Source: Octopus bimaculoides
Lineage: Eukaryota
DNA length: 64,000 nucleotides
Assembly: GCF_001194135.2 (NCBI RefSeq)
Contig: NC_068988.1
Span: 44,735,970-44,799,969, forward strand
Direction: 5' to 3'
The notes beneath the pieces were generated by a model, which had not been told where the DNA came from, did no database searches, and worked only from the letters and a program-made list of their open reading frames with translations. A program made the translations under genes and the position numbers. Positions 26,471-43,192 of the stretch are shown here, one piece after another (position 1 is the first letter of the stretch; each line of letters begins with the position of its first letter).

Positions 26471-27919
26471 ATGTGTGTGTGTGTGTGTATACATGAAATT
26501 ATGTGTGTGTTTGTGTGTGTGTATAACCTGATAGAGCGGGGAAGGATAGAGAGAAAGAGTGGGGTAGTGTGGAGAAGGAAGGAAAGGTGGCACAACTGAG
26601 AAAAAGATTATCAAAATAGAAAAAGAAAGAAGAGGTGTTGTTGGAGAAAATATTTGATTCCAAAGGCAATCAATATTTGAAAAATTGTCATTTACGATGT
26701 CTAAGGAATTCAATATGCAACATTAAGAAACAATAATAATTTATTTTTCTACTTTCTGTCTTTATGACTTTATGATTTTTGTTTTATTAACTTTTACCTT
26801 TCCCCTCACACACTTGTGCCATTACCATGCTATTCTTGTCTTTTGTTAACGCAACTTTTCACCATCATACTGTCGCTATGTCTTCCATCTTATTCTTTAG
26901 TATTCATCAAGTGTGTTTCTGTTAGGTTTCTTGACTCTATACAATGTAGCAGAGCAGTCAAATTTTCCATAACAACCACCCGAATCTTATTATTTATTTC
27001 CTTTCTTAGAGCATTGGCAGTTGACCAGAACTCTTCAGACATCTCAATACTTTCGTTCGTCTGCTATTTGTCTCAAATCATCATTGAAAACTTACATGGT
27101 GGAAAAATTTGTTCAGGGGTGTGGTGTGTAATTTTGTGCTGTTCATAAGGAACAACGGTTTGTGCAATAATATGTAAACTCACAGTTTCCCCAAGAGATT
27201 GATTTGATTAGCTCTTCTAACAGCAACAATAACTGGTATTTTTGAAGTGCCCTGGTTGCTTTTATTTAGCAGCCCCAGATCAGCATTGTTCAAGTAAACT
27301 TTTGATGAAAGACATTCGAACTATGACTCTTTTGTCTCATTTTCCTAGACCCACATACATTATTCAATAAACCCCTCTCTTCTGTGATTTGAGAGACATT
27401 CAGCTGCTGTTTCTTGCAGATCCAGCGACCATTTAGAGATTATCTCGTTGGCTCAACCTAGTAGAGCTACATGTTGAAAACAAGAGAGATGTTACGATGT
27501 TCTCTAGGAACGCTATTGGTGGACAAGGACATTGCGTCATTCAGTTAATCCTTTAGACATTCTAACGTTTCCAGCATTATTCTAGCAGCTTCTGTGACAC
27601 CATTAGCGGTAGGCAACTCAAGACATGCTCTTCTCTTGAACAACATTTCTAACATAGAGAAAAGAGGTCTGCTGCACAGGCAAATGCTGGTTTCCATACG
27701 AACTCTGCCCAAGCCAAGCCTTTGTTATGGAGAGTACAATGAACATCACCTCACAGAAATGGATAAACAAGGTAAGCAGCAGTCTACTTACGTGGTGTGT
27801 GGGCGCCAGGGACAACTTTTGATGGAGAGAGAAGCTATCATATTTCACTGAATTGCTACTACCCATCTCAACCTGGGTAAACCTCAACCTGGGTAAACCT
27901 CAACCAATTAGATGTTCTA

Positions 27920-28260
27920 CAACTTTCCATCCGCCATACTGAATGCATGGGTCTTAGGGATACAAATAGCCCGAATCGCAAATGGTAAATAACGCAATAT
28001 CGCACTGGACATAATAAGAAAACAAAAGAAGAAACTAGCAGTCATGTTAAGATGCTGAAATGTACGGATCATCATTACTGGTCTAACTGCTAAAATTTCC
28101 AAAAGAGATCGAATAAACAGAAGAAAAATGCTTCGCAGAATCAGGAATTTGAGGGACGATACTTTGTTTCTGGCAGGGAAAGGACTTAGACAAGATTAGA
28201 AAGCATCGTGTTGGCTTCGCTGTGAGAGAGTCACTGCTAAACACGGTGGAGCCCAGAGAG

Positions 28261-28345
<85 letters not shown>

Positions 28346-28655
28346 AAGCGAGAGAGTGAAAGAGAGGAGTGTGGCAGTGGTACCTAGCAGGTTTTCTAAC
28401 TTCGGCTTCTTACATCCAAGCGGTTTATCAAATTTGTTGATGATCATGCTCCGACACTTTTTTCTACACAAGTTAAAAAGGACAAATTGTATGACCAACT
28501 CTGAAAGACATTTCAGTTACTCCAACCTAGGAACAACTACTGTAGTTTGGTAACTTCAACGCCAGAGTGGATCCTAGGGCGGAATGGGATGGGCAGTATA
28601 AATAACAATGATGTCTTGAGTCTTGTAGAGAGACACAACATATAAATTCAAAACA
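27920..28655 (+). mobile_element. RTE LINE apurinic-endonuclease region, split by (AG)n at 28262-28345
   Basis: [30 protein letters not shown] before the repeat; HAPTLFSTQVKKDKLYDQL and FGNFNARV...GMGSINNN after it. The segment at ~27470-27920 may be its 5' UTR. Confidence 0.8.
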
Positions 28656-29650
28656 GGTCAGGTTTTTACCGCAAAAAATCACTTTACATGTTCTTCAAGG
28701 AACCTAATATACGTTATCAAATGTCAGGGATGACATAGGTCAAACAAAGCTTACTCTAAGAAATGGACTGACCATTCACCGATACGAGACCCAAGTAAAT
28801 AGACAGATTCCACTGAATAGACACATAGACATATGTGCAAAAGATAAGTCCCCAAATTTCAGGTCTTCCTACTCTACCTATGTTCAGCGAATACCACATG
28901 AAGCACAGATAAACAAAGAAAATACTTTCATGCAAAAGTACAAACCAAAACTCAACAAACCTTAACAGAGTACATACACAAATAACTATTCACACAGAAA
29001 ACTCATTCTGCCACTTATCATGAGGAATATACACAGCGAACAACCTAAACTTTAGCCACAAGACTACATACAAACAACTCCTATCAACTCTCCCGCCAGA
29101 CTGATCAAATTTGGAGTGCCTTGATTATAAATAAACATGTTCACTCAACTGTGTCGGCCTTCTTTTTAGGCGCAAAATATACTGTCACGTGACACTAACG
29201 CACGGACGTAGCAGGAAACGTACAAAAGTTTATAAACTTAGTCATATGTTCATTCTCTACAAACACTTGACAGACAATATTCAGAGCATTGATTGTTTGG
29301 ACATGTTCAGTCAACCGTGTCAGCCTTAATTTACGACACCGAACATTGTCACTTGATACTAAAACACAGACGTAGCGAGGAACCTACAAAGATGTCTAAG
29401 ACCAGTCACATGACTATCCTCTACCAATCAAATCCTATTTAAAACATATACTAATTTGAGCCATGAACTCCCTTAAAAATAGGACAAGCTTCAAACACTA
29501 GTAAGAAGCAAGGCAGCTGCGTCATAAGCCACGTCTTTCTATTTGAACTTTTTGAAAATCAGTATAAACTGTGAAACTGGTTAAAACTTTAAATACATTA
29601 ATAAAAAATATTTTAACTATTCTCAGTGCATTTTCAATTTCTACATTTCC
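28656..29650 (+). mobile_element. Penelope-like element 3' fragment: GIY-YIG plus 3' UTR/pseudo-LTR
   Basis: YKFKTGQVFTAKNHFTCSSRNLIYVIKCQG..IGQTKLTLRN.LTIH...QIPLNRHIDICAK...FMQKYKPKLNKP*. Confidence 0.85.
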
Positions 29651-29703
29651 TATATTTCTACCCGTATGAAATAAAATAACATTGTTTTCTCTCACTCACC
29701 CCC

Positions 29704-29793
<90 letters not shown>

Positions 29794-30351
29794 GATCTAT
29801 CATCCATCCATCGGTCTGTCCGTCTCTCTCACTCTCCCTCTGTATATATACACATTCATACTAACATATATAATATAATACACACACATGACCTAAAAGT
29901 TCTTTAAAATTTCGTCCTATGTTTCATATTTCGCCATCATCTGAATCGAAACTATGAAAATCTCAGAGTAACGGTTTGTAAATTGTCATTTTTCAGTCAA
30001 ATAACTTACTCTAATTTTAGTATTGAATACTTTCTGATCCTCCTGTAAGCATTTGCGCGTATACATTCCATCCGCATACGTACACACACAAAATAGGCAT
30101 GCGCTTTCTCTGCTTTATGTAAATAGTTATACAAATAAATATTCAATTAATGAAATAAAGACAAAATAAGAATTACCACATCATTATATTGTGTACAAAT
30201 ATTCCTTCGGCGGGATCTTATAATAAGAATTTAGCCATTACCAAAACTCACGAGCTGTGTTTTGTGCTACGACCTCATTTTTGTTTCCGATATAATTATA
30301 TTTTACTTTTGTTCCTTTTCGTTACGTTTTATGTGTTTTTACTTTCTTAAG

Positions 30352-30398
30352 AAATGTCCACATAACGTTGGAAGGATCTGAATGGAATGCAATTAAAG
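30352..30398 (+). CDS. Candidate 47-nt internal exon (NVHITLEGSEWNAIK), possibly PLAT/LH2-like
   Basis: Long polypyrimidine tract ending cttaag|, donor AAG|GTATGA, only one frame open. Resemblance to the PLAT motif ANVxITLxG is weak inference. Confidence 0.45.
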
Positions 30399-31149
30399 GT
30401 ATGATGTAGCAGATAATTTGCCATTAGTGATAAAATGAAGAACATAATTTTGTTTACCAAAAAGAAATATTAGAGGAATAAAAAACAGCAAAACATACTT
30501 TATCTAATCAGACCTCAAAAACAAAACTTACCGAAAGATGAAAGAATTGTTTAGAGAGTAGGGAAGGTAGGAGCAATGAGTGTAAATTTGCCGAGGGAGA
30601 AGAGATAGACAGAAAGAAATGGAGATAAAGAATGAGAAAGAGAGGACATTTACACATCTCTTGTATGTATTCATGTTGTTGATAACTATAACGGTTTTGG
30701 AGATGGGAAATACAAACAGAAACTAATTTGTAGATTTTTTTGTCTCAAATTTCATTACTTGTTTAGCTAAAGGTAATTTGGAGAGCTGTATCAAGTGGAG
30801 TCGATAGAATTCTGGTCTACAGGCTGAAGGATTGACAGTTCTTATCTCTTCATAGGTAAAACGGTATGTCTTTCCGTCACTCCTTTACAAAGACACACAA
30901 CCCACATCTAATTTGCTCATCTGTAAATAGTTACCACGGATAAGGTAGTTTTACTGCTATGAGGAGCTGCGAATTTGTGTAACTGATGAGGATTTTGTTT
31001 TGTATACTTGTTGCGCTATGTTGCAGTGTTACTCGTTAATCGTACCATCAGAGAAACAAACTGATTAGCAAGAGTTATTGTCAATGAAACCTTTCTTTTA
31101 TGGAATTTCTGTCATCAATATATTGAGAATACGTTTTGTGTTAACTTCC

Positions 31150-32360
31150 ATGTATTAAGTAAAACTTTCCCAATGTGGATGTTGTATATTTTGATAACAT
31201 TTCATAACATAAATGACAAATTTCGAATATCGACGATGTAGTTTCCAAACGTAAATAATATTCAACAGTGATGTAAACACACTGTGCTAATGATATCAGT
31301 TTATAAAGTAAACGATAGCGTTAATAAGGGTAACGAAAATCTTACATATTGTAAAAGATGTCAATTCACAACGTTATTAATATAAATTAACGACGTCATT
31401 AATTTAACTTTATTATCTCTAAATATTGACCCCTTAAAGGTCTATGGTAACTTTCACAAAGTGAATGGTAATGTCAATAAGACAATTAAATAAAAATGAT
31501 AATAATGTTATTAAAATACATCAATGATATTAGTGATATAATTTCATAAAATCTGTTTCAAAACGTCAATAATGTAATTTAACAAAGTTAAAGATCACTT
31601 TCAAATGATAATGATATATTCTGACATCAATGATCATGACATTTGTATTGACACGAATATACTTTCACAAAATTAGTTCCGCAATTCCACAATATCGATG
31701 ATGTTATTCACAAGGTCAGTGAGTTAATTTTACAATCTTATTGGTATAATGAGGAGTGGTGTAATATCCTTGACGTCAATGAGGAGTAGCGTAATATCAT
31801 TGACGTAAATCCACAACGCCAATATCGTAACTTTACAACGGTGTATATAACTTCACAACGTTACTAATGTAAATTTTCAACGTCAGCTTTCTAATTTCAG
31901 TAAGTAAAAGATGTATTTTAACTAAGTCAGCATTGTAGTTTCACAGTGTAAGTTACACCATATCAAAATATGAATAATGTAATATCAGAGCGTCGATATT
32001 ACGGAGATGTTAGTTCAAAACGTTAATGTTCGAAGTATCATTAAAAGTCGATACTGAAATTTCACAACGTCAATGCTGCTATTTTCAAGCGTTACCAACG
32101 TAATTTCACAAAGTCAATCACATTAGTTTTGAAACATGTATGAAGCTGTAAGTTTACGAGTCTTTGATGCAATTTTCTAACCTCACTAATGTTATTTTAC
32201 AACGGCAATGACATAATTTACTAAATTCAAAGACATAATTTTGCAGTGCTAATATTGCAACTTGTAGATGGTCACTAAAAAAAAAATTTACGGTATATAT
32301 TATGTCAATTCACGATTTTCGTGATGTTACTTGAAAATGTCGATGTTGCAATTTTTCAAC
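31150..32360. repeat. Highly diverged 22-bp tandem array, block 1
   Basis: Consecutive 22-mers at 31854, 31876, 31898, 31920; consensus about CACAACGTCAATGATGTAATTT. Confidence 0.85.
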
Positions 32361-32361
32361 G

Positions 32362-32530
32362 ATTGCGTAGTTGAGGAGTTTGCTTTGCAACCATGCGCAT
32401 TCCAGTTAAGTCTCACTCCATGATACCTTAGGCAAGAATTTCGACTATAGTCCCAAGCCGACCAATGCTTTGAGAGTGAATTCGGTAGACGGTAGCTGTA
32501 TGGCAGCCCGTCGTGTATATATATATATAT
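32362..32530 (+). mobile_element. SINE family A, 5' half (degenerate)
   Basis: tttgctttgcaaccatg...ccttaggcaag...ccgaccaatgctttgagagtgaattcggtagacgg...gcccgtcgtgtatata. Confidence 0.65.
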
Positions 32531-33618
32531 ATAACGGTGTTTTATAACCGGTGCTATTGAGAAGAAATGAAGAGTGGCAAATTGTAGGTTACCAACTTAT
32601 AACGGGTTTGACTTGGAAGGGATAATAAATATAAATATTACTTGAATAGGAATCTATGGTGATAAACCCGTCACTTATAACTTAATTATAAGCATTTATC
32701 ACCATACATAAATCTTAACTCAAGGTGCGTAAACGCCGTGGTGAATTATACACACCACAGGACGCTGAACGTGCATGTATGTTGAAGATAATAAAGCTAG
32801 CTCTTTTTCACCGCTATAATAACTGTTTCATAGTCGCAGAAATAAATTTCATCAACAGGTTGAAGAAAATGAAGAAAAAGAAATTATTTACTAAATTAGT
32901 TGATCTACGTACATTTAATATTTACTGTACATTTTTATAAGTCAAAGGAAGACTGTCGTAGAGTTACGACATAAAATTTATATTAACTAATTCTTCCATA
33001 ACTAAGCTACTAGAGTTTTAATCAACAATTCAAAACAGCCTTGCTGAATTAGATAATAGACATGGCATAACAATAGCCAATATCTCAAGGGAGTGAGTAT
33101 CGTGGAATTGGGGTACAACCAACGAACACTGATTAATTTCCCCAAATTAAGTGTTTTTATAACTGCTCATACCTGAATTCTAAGAACCGTATTTCGTGAA
33201 AGATTTCTCTCTGACGAAAGTTAGAATTCAAATATGGGCAGTGATTTTAATCAATGAGAAACTAACAATTATACCTATTCGGGCAACATGACCATTACGT
33301 CATATTACTACCGATAAAGGTCGCTACATAAGCCCTCATCCAGAAAAACTGTTAAAATTTTGCGAAAAAAGAAAAGAATATTAATTATACAAATATATTT
33401 CAGTACATAGTTGGAATTAATATTTTTAGCAAGTCAAATATACAAATTTACAAATATATCCACATGTTGAACAAATGAAAATTACCGCGCATCACGGTTT
33501 TACAATAATACAGCGTTCATGGAAAGTTTATCAAATCGTTCAATATAATTTCTCTGGATAAAAATTATAAAACCTTTAAAAAAACATCCAGGAATATAAA
33601 AGTCCACGAGGATTATAT

Positions 33619-33972
33619 TCAAACAAACTGAGAAGGTCTTTTGGGAAAATGTACAATTCTACCACTTCTAGTTTTCTTTTCGCTGGTAGCTGATTTTTAA
33701 ATTGACTTGTGGATCTTTTCCTCAACCTTAAGTTCACTGACTTGTGAATTGTTCTGTTTCGAGTTATTTTGAAATGTGTTGCTCAAATTTTTATTCTCAT
33801 TACATGAAGACTGGTCAAAATAAACTATTTTAACTCTGTCTAAACTGACAACTTACTTTTTACCATGCATATCCAAGGTCATAGTTTTATCTTTAATTGA
33901 CAAAACTTTAAAAGGTCCAGTGTATTTATAATTCAATGAATGATGACTGGCCTCATTACGTACAAATACATC
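33619..33972 (-). mobile_element. Gypsy LTR-retrotransposon integrase C-terminal fragment
   Basis: DVFVRNEASHHSLNYKYTGPFKVLSIKDKTMTLDMHGKK*VVSLDRVK ... KTRSGRIVHFPKR: GPY/F module and TRSGR tail typical of Gypsy pol. In-frame stops present. Confidence 0.85.
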
Positions 33973-34205
33973 TGTATGAGTGTTTGTGTGTGTTTCATTT
34001 TTGGCTTTGTGTTTTGCACCGCCCCCACTTGACAAATGGTATGGTTGGTTGGTTTGTTTACATCTTCATAGCCTAGTGGTTCACCAAAAGTAATCGATAG
34101 AATAAATAGCAGATTTTAAAATAAGTACTGGTGTCGATTTGCTCGACTAAATCATTGAAGGTGTTGCCCTAGAACGGTCACAGCGCAATGACTGAAGTAA
34201 AATAA
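33973..34205 (+). mobile_element. SINE family A, 3' half
   Basis: tgtgtttc...cttgacaa...gtttacat...atcgatagaataa...gtcgatttgctcgactaaa...aatgactgaag. Confidence 0.65.
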
Positions 34206-34296
34206 CCTATAAAATATAACTGAATATAAATTTTTAACATTAACAAGAAATAACTTCATGTCAATGACGCTGATCTATAATCTTTCAAACTCACGT

Positions 34297-37910
<3,614 letters not shown>

Positions 37911-37934
37911 CACAAATGTCAAAAATACTTCAAC

Positions 37935-38460
37935 AAAATTATTGGATGTTTTGTGTAAATTGCGAAACGAATGTATATGTTGTCTGTATATGGTTGTATA
38001 AATAGCATGTGTTACACCAATGTAGTTTTTGAAATTTTCTTTCTATTACAATGCTATTGCCTTATAGATTATTATTTTTTTAAGGAAATTTCCATCTAAC
38101 GGACATTTCCTTTTGATTGCTGGATATGGGTTTCTAGATATACAGTTGATATGACTTATATGATAAGTCTTGTGCAGCTGCAGCTACTTTTATTTTGTTC
38201 CTATTCACTAACTTGCATTATGTATAGGAGAATGAGGGCTGGATAATGATTAATATTAAGAAGCTGCTGGCAGCATTTCTCGCTATGTTTAAACTGAAGA
38301 ACGGGTTTAACCAGATGATGTTTCTTTTCATTGTTTTGTTTGGAACATGGTTCATTTGTGTGATTTTGGTTATGTATTTTAAGTTTTCTTTGAAACTGCT
38401 TTCGGGATTTCATTGTAGAATGGCCCCGCTTCGTCGAATATTATAATGCTGGGTTATATT
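37935..38460 (-). mobile_element. Penelope-like element fragment (linker plus GIY-YIG start)
   Basis: KRNIIWLNPFFSLNIA...KGNCPLDGN...KIIIYKAIA...KNYIGVT matches the PLE pattern RNIIWFNPP...CPL.G.C...IY.A...YIG.T. Confidence 0.75.
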
Positions 38461-39056
38461 GTGGCAATTTCTGTGGTAGTAGTGACGTGTATCTCCATCG
38501 TTCGATAATAAGGATCCACATACAGACATATGCAAATTCAATTCTTTCTACATGATAACTTTAGTTGCACCTATATACACAAGCAACAAACACCAAACCA
38601 CGTACGTTGTTAGACATACGTGCAATAATTCTCATACAAGCTGTAATACGTCTCACTAACAAACAATAACTCATATGCACATGTACACTCGTTTACACAC
38701 ATTTACATAAACTTAGACGCACACACATATACCTAAACATAAAAACTCAATTCTACATGTAGATACTTACATCTGACTCGAACGTACATAGACCCTCACA
38801 CAAACCCTTGAAAAAACATCTATACACACAAAAACAATTACTTGCACGCATTCACACAATTGCATGAACGCATGTGATGCACAATTTTTCACGCAATCAC
38901 AGATGCACTTAGTGTCTCACGCGCACACATACATGATTGCTTCTACACACATACAAATAGGTGCAATCGTTCCCTTGCACCAATGGCAATGAGTTATAAA
39001 ATTGGTGATGTTTCTTCACAATACTGATTAACGTATGCCGCTTTTCAGCCGATATC

Positions 39057-39202
<146 letters not shown>

Positions 39203-39203
39203 A

Positions 39204-39238
<35 letters not shown>

Positions 39239-39279
39239 AAAAATAATAACGATAATAACATAAAATACACAAACTACAT

Positions 39280-39600
39280 AAAATACAGAATAGACAAGAC
39301 ATCAGAAAGTGATAAGTGCAGAAGTGATAAGGGGAAAATGAAAGTGAAGACAGTGCCAATTATTGTTGGGTCCTTGGGAACAGTATCAGAAGGCATCAAG
39401 AGGAATATAAAGGAAATTGGAATAGAATGCCCAGTAGAACTGTTACAAAAGTTTTGCCTCTTTGGCACGGCCAGATAATAATAATCAGGAAAGTATTAGA
39501 TAGCTGAAAAGAACGGATAGCATGGCACCGCTGGTTACCGGTGGTAAACCCGCTATGTATGCAAGACGCCAGGAACTCCAACAAAACCTGTGATAAAGAG
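39280..39600 (+). mobile_element. R4/Dong-like (RLE) LINE 3' end, internally deleted
   Basis: IKYRIDKTSESDKCR joined to KVKTVPIIVGSLGTVSEGIKRNIKEIGIECPVELLQKFCLFGTAR..IRKVLDS*; flanked by (TAA)/(GAT) repeats. Confidence 0.8.
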
Positions 39601-39616
39601 AAAAATAATAATGATA

Positions 39617-39699
<83 letters not shown>

Positions 39700-39700
39700 A

Positions 39701-39735
<35 letters not shown>

Positions 39736-39769
39736 ATGGATGATCTCAATCTGTATATGAAAAATGACA

Positions 39770-40080
39770 TACACCTAGACACTGATCCAAACAGTGAGAG
39801 CATTCATAAAATATATTGATATGCAGTTTGAGTAAAGTGCGCAATGCAAATCAAGAAGAGAGGCCGGAAGGTAAATTCTGATGGCATAACATTACCGCAA
39901 GGCAACATCATTAGATCGCTGTGGAATAATTAGGGGTAGAAATATCTAGGAGTGCTGCAAGATAATAAGGAGAAATGAGAAACTTAATGAGTACAAGCAG
40001 AGAATTAAGAAGGCGCTCGAAACAAAATCAAACGGAGGGGACATCATAAAAGCCATAAATACATGACCTATGCCCGCATT
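39770..40080 (+). mobile_element. R4/Dong-like LINE, RT C-terminal/thumb fragment
   Basis: DMQF..KCA..IKKRG...DGITLPQGNIIRSL...KYLGVLQ...EYKQRIKKALETKSNGGDIIKAINT. Confidence 0.75.
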
Positions 40081-40099
40081 AAGACACTCTTCTTCGTCA

Positions 40100-41280
40100 A
40101 CGAGAAAAGATTTGGGATAATCATAGAAGAGTTTAAATAGCGTATCATAGCAACAGCTGGTAAGCTTTCCCGATAGCAGAAAAGAAGAGATCTGTATCAA
40201 CAGAACAAATTATTTCATAGGGACCAGAGATATTATCGCCGATCAAATAGTGAAGAAATTACTGAAGCTGAGATGCTTGTGAAGAAGAAGTTAGCAAGTT
40301 CTGGAGCCAATTATTCGTAATGGTGATACAGAATGGTTTAAGAAAGAGTGGGAAGAAATAGTTGGGGAGATCTAAAGCTAGCAAGTGAAATAATGTGTAA
40401 AGTGTTGGGAAGAAAGGGACCAAAACCAGTTTTTGTTCAAGGGTACCGGTTAAAGAAATTTAGTAGCTAACACGGGAGATTGAGGGAATAACTTCAGGAT
40501 TGCCTGAATAGAGGAGTGATACCTAATCTGATGACTAGAGGGAGAGCAGTACTACCGATGAAAGACAAAAACAGGGGCAATATAGCTAGTAATTATAAAC
40601 CAATCACTTACTCACCATTAGTGCGAAAGCTATTACCAGAAATGTTCTCAGAAAGCGTTTAGAGGCATCTTCACAGTCAGAATTTACTTCCAGAAGAACA
40701 GAAAGGTTAAAGCAGTTCTAAAAGAAGTGAAATCTTAAAAGAAAAATTAAATGGCATAGATAGATCATTAAAAAAAGCCTATGGCATGATTTTGCACTTT
40801 TGCATAAGTGAATGCTTGAGTATATTCAGTTTGCAGACAACATAACAGAGTTAATTAGCTATAGCATGCAGAAATGGAAAGTAGCTCTCTACTCAGGTGA
40901 CACAGCTGTAGGGAAAGTTAACATCAAGAAGGGAATTTTCCAAGGAGACTCGTTATCCTCTTTAACATTTGTGTTATGCTTAATCTTCCTCAGCTTAGTA
41001 GGATGATCTGAATCTTTTCGGTAACAATAAAAAAGAGATAGATTCCTTAATACAAATTGAAAGACTATTCAGCAAAAATATAGGTATGGAATCTGGAATA
41101 GATAAGAGCGTAACATATGTCATAAATAAAGGGACAGGTAGTCAGCAGTGAAGGCACTCAGTTACCAGATGGCCATATATTAAAATCATTGGAAGGAAAA
41201 AGTTATATTTAAGAGTACTAAAATCTGGCAGAATACTAAGTATATAAATGAAAACTAAAATTGAGGAGTACATCAGCTTC
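40100..41280 (+). mobile_element. R4/Dong-like LINE, degenerate reverse transcriptase
   Basis: IIATAGKLSR..LYQQNKLF; MTRGRAVL..KDKNRGNIASNYKPIT; LLPEEQKG; KKAY; KVNIKKGIFQGDSLSSLTFVLCL. Many stops and frameshifts. Confidence 0.85.
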
Positions 41281-41459
41281 ACATGTAGTCAATGACTTAT
41301 TGGGGCACTCAGTGGCTGGTTATTTTCCACTCAGCAAAAGAACCTAACTTCTTTCCAGTAATCGTTACAAGAACTCTGATCATATTTCTATTTTTATGTG
41401 TTTCGTGTTTTTTCTTGTGTCTTTGAATGTTTGTCAGTAAAGTTTATCATTTTTCAAAA

Positions 41460-41880
41460 GATCTTACTTGGACACGAGTACGGCTATTCATTCGAACAGC
41501 GAACGAAGTGCAAACAACTTTGGATGTAAGCTGTGCTGTAGAATCTTTGCAACTGTGAGAGGCTTGAAGATACATCAGGGAAAGACTTGTAAGAAGAGAA
41601 CAGAGCAGTGTGGATCATCTGATCGTAAAACACGTGGCAAATCATCCCTGGACTCAAACCACAGCGGATCGATAAATGCTACAGCAAAGACCTCTTCTCG
41701 ACAGTAAACCGCAAGTTATGAAACTGGTGGATCAGATAGTACTCGGAGGAAATCGAGGGTTTTATGGCCTGCTGCTAATTAGAAAGGAAAATATAAAGAG
41801 TTTTAAAACAAGGTATGTCGAGAACTTTATAAAATGACAGGTTCTGCAGTGGAGAAACTGGGAAAATTAACAAGCTCAGT
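41460..41880 (+). mobile_element. HERO/R2-like LINE N-terminus with zinc finger
   Basis: CKLCCRIFATVRGLKIHQGKTC...DSNHSGSI, then WPAAN*KGKYK and MTGSAVEKLGKL. Clade assignment from recalled motif pattern. Confidence 0.55.
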
Positions 41881-42620
41881 TTGAGAGGTAGGCTCCGAAA
41901 GGGCGCGTATTCTCTCCTGATGACCCCACACACTTGCTGGCTCCCGGTATGCGGAGTTCTAGACTGGTAGCACTTGCATGTGCAAGTTCTTTGCAAGACA
42001 TCAAAGTAAATTCTCGGTTTTGTTTTATCGGATGTATTTATCATCTTTGTAAGTTTGTTATCCATTTTTTCAATAATGTCGCCACATTTAAGCTAATGCC
42101 TCTGTTAGCATTATTCGTCTCCTTGATTGTGTTCGGAATTGAGTCCCTAACAGTGATGATCTTATTTTGGCTGCTAAACTTGAACCCTTTCATTGCCGGC
42201 TCACTACTTTATCCCTGTTCTTGAAATACTTTCATGGTTAACGTCTGCCGAAATTTTTCTGTTATATTCATCGAATGACTCGATTTTCAACAATTTATTC
42301 TATTCATTGTTGCCCCCACCTCTAAGCTTTCCAACTCTTGTACTTATTTCTTTGAACATCTGCTTTATGGAACTATGTTCTTTCTTGTTTCTCAGATAAC
42401 TATGATCTTAATTCTTTTAAATCTTACGTTGATCGTTTTACGATTCTTAGGGCAGCTTCTCATTAGATTTTATTGTTTCCTTTTCTTTTGTAATTACCAA
42501 GAGGTTGCTTGAAGCCTGTTTTATTGCTGGTTGCTTTCTGCTTCGGTGGGAGTGACTACATATACATATATACATACATACACACAAACTCGCATATACA
42601 CATACGCACACGCACACACA

Positions 42621-42690
<70 letters not shown>

Positions 42691-42783
42691 CATATACAAA
42701 CATAGACATGCATACATATATACATACATACATAAATATATATACATATATATATACATACACATACATACATACATATGTGT

Positions 42784-42827
<44 letters not shown>

Positions 42828-43150
42828 ATACATATACATTCATGCCTACTTCAGTGAATTGGCAGAGTTGTTAGAAGATGGAATAAAATACATTGCGAAA
42901 TTCCTTTCTTCTCGTTGCGCTATCATTTCAAATCTCACTGAGGCCAGTTTGACCTTTCATTCCTTCGGGGGTCGATGATTAAAATATTATTTCAATACAG
43001 CAGCCACTTCCATTTCCATTCTGTCGTTATGAAAGACATTTGATGTGCTCATACCGCAAGATGGATTCCACCGGATTTCAGATGCCAAAGAGATGCCGTA
43101 AGCATGATGACACTTCTACAAATTCAACAGGAGTTGAGGCGGTGTCAAAG

Positions 43151-43190
<40 letters not shown>

Positions 43191-43192
<2 letters not shown>

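Noticed and set aside
27097-27220. Pair of minus-strand mini-exons (EELIKSISWGN / TKLHTTPLNKFFHH)
   Set aside because: Would need a 45-nt intron, and the acceptor overlaps a SINE edge.
27580-27770. Exon ending at CAAG|GTAAGC (ORF 27594-27851)
   Set aside because: Lies directly upstream of RTE endonuclease sequence and is more simply the LINE 5' UTR; no recognisable protein.
29496-29582. Hammerhead in the second Penelope pLTR
   Set aside because: Only GAAACTGGTT is suggestive; the CUGANGA core is not recognisable.
38500-38960. C/A-rich skewed segment as a structured element
   Set aside because: Looks like a decayed (CA)n-derived tract without fixed periodicity.
41900-42440. CR1-type ORF1 esterase remnant on the minus strand (KIITVRDSI)
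   Set aside because: Only a one-mismatch GDS-like motif amid stops; insufficient support.
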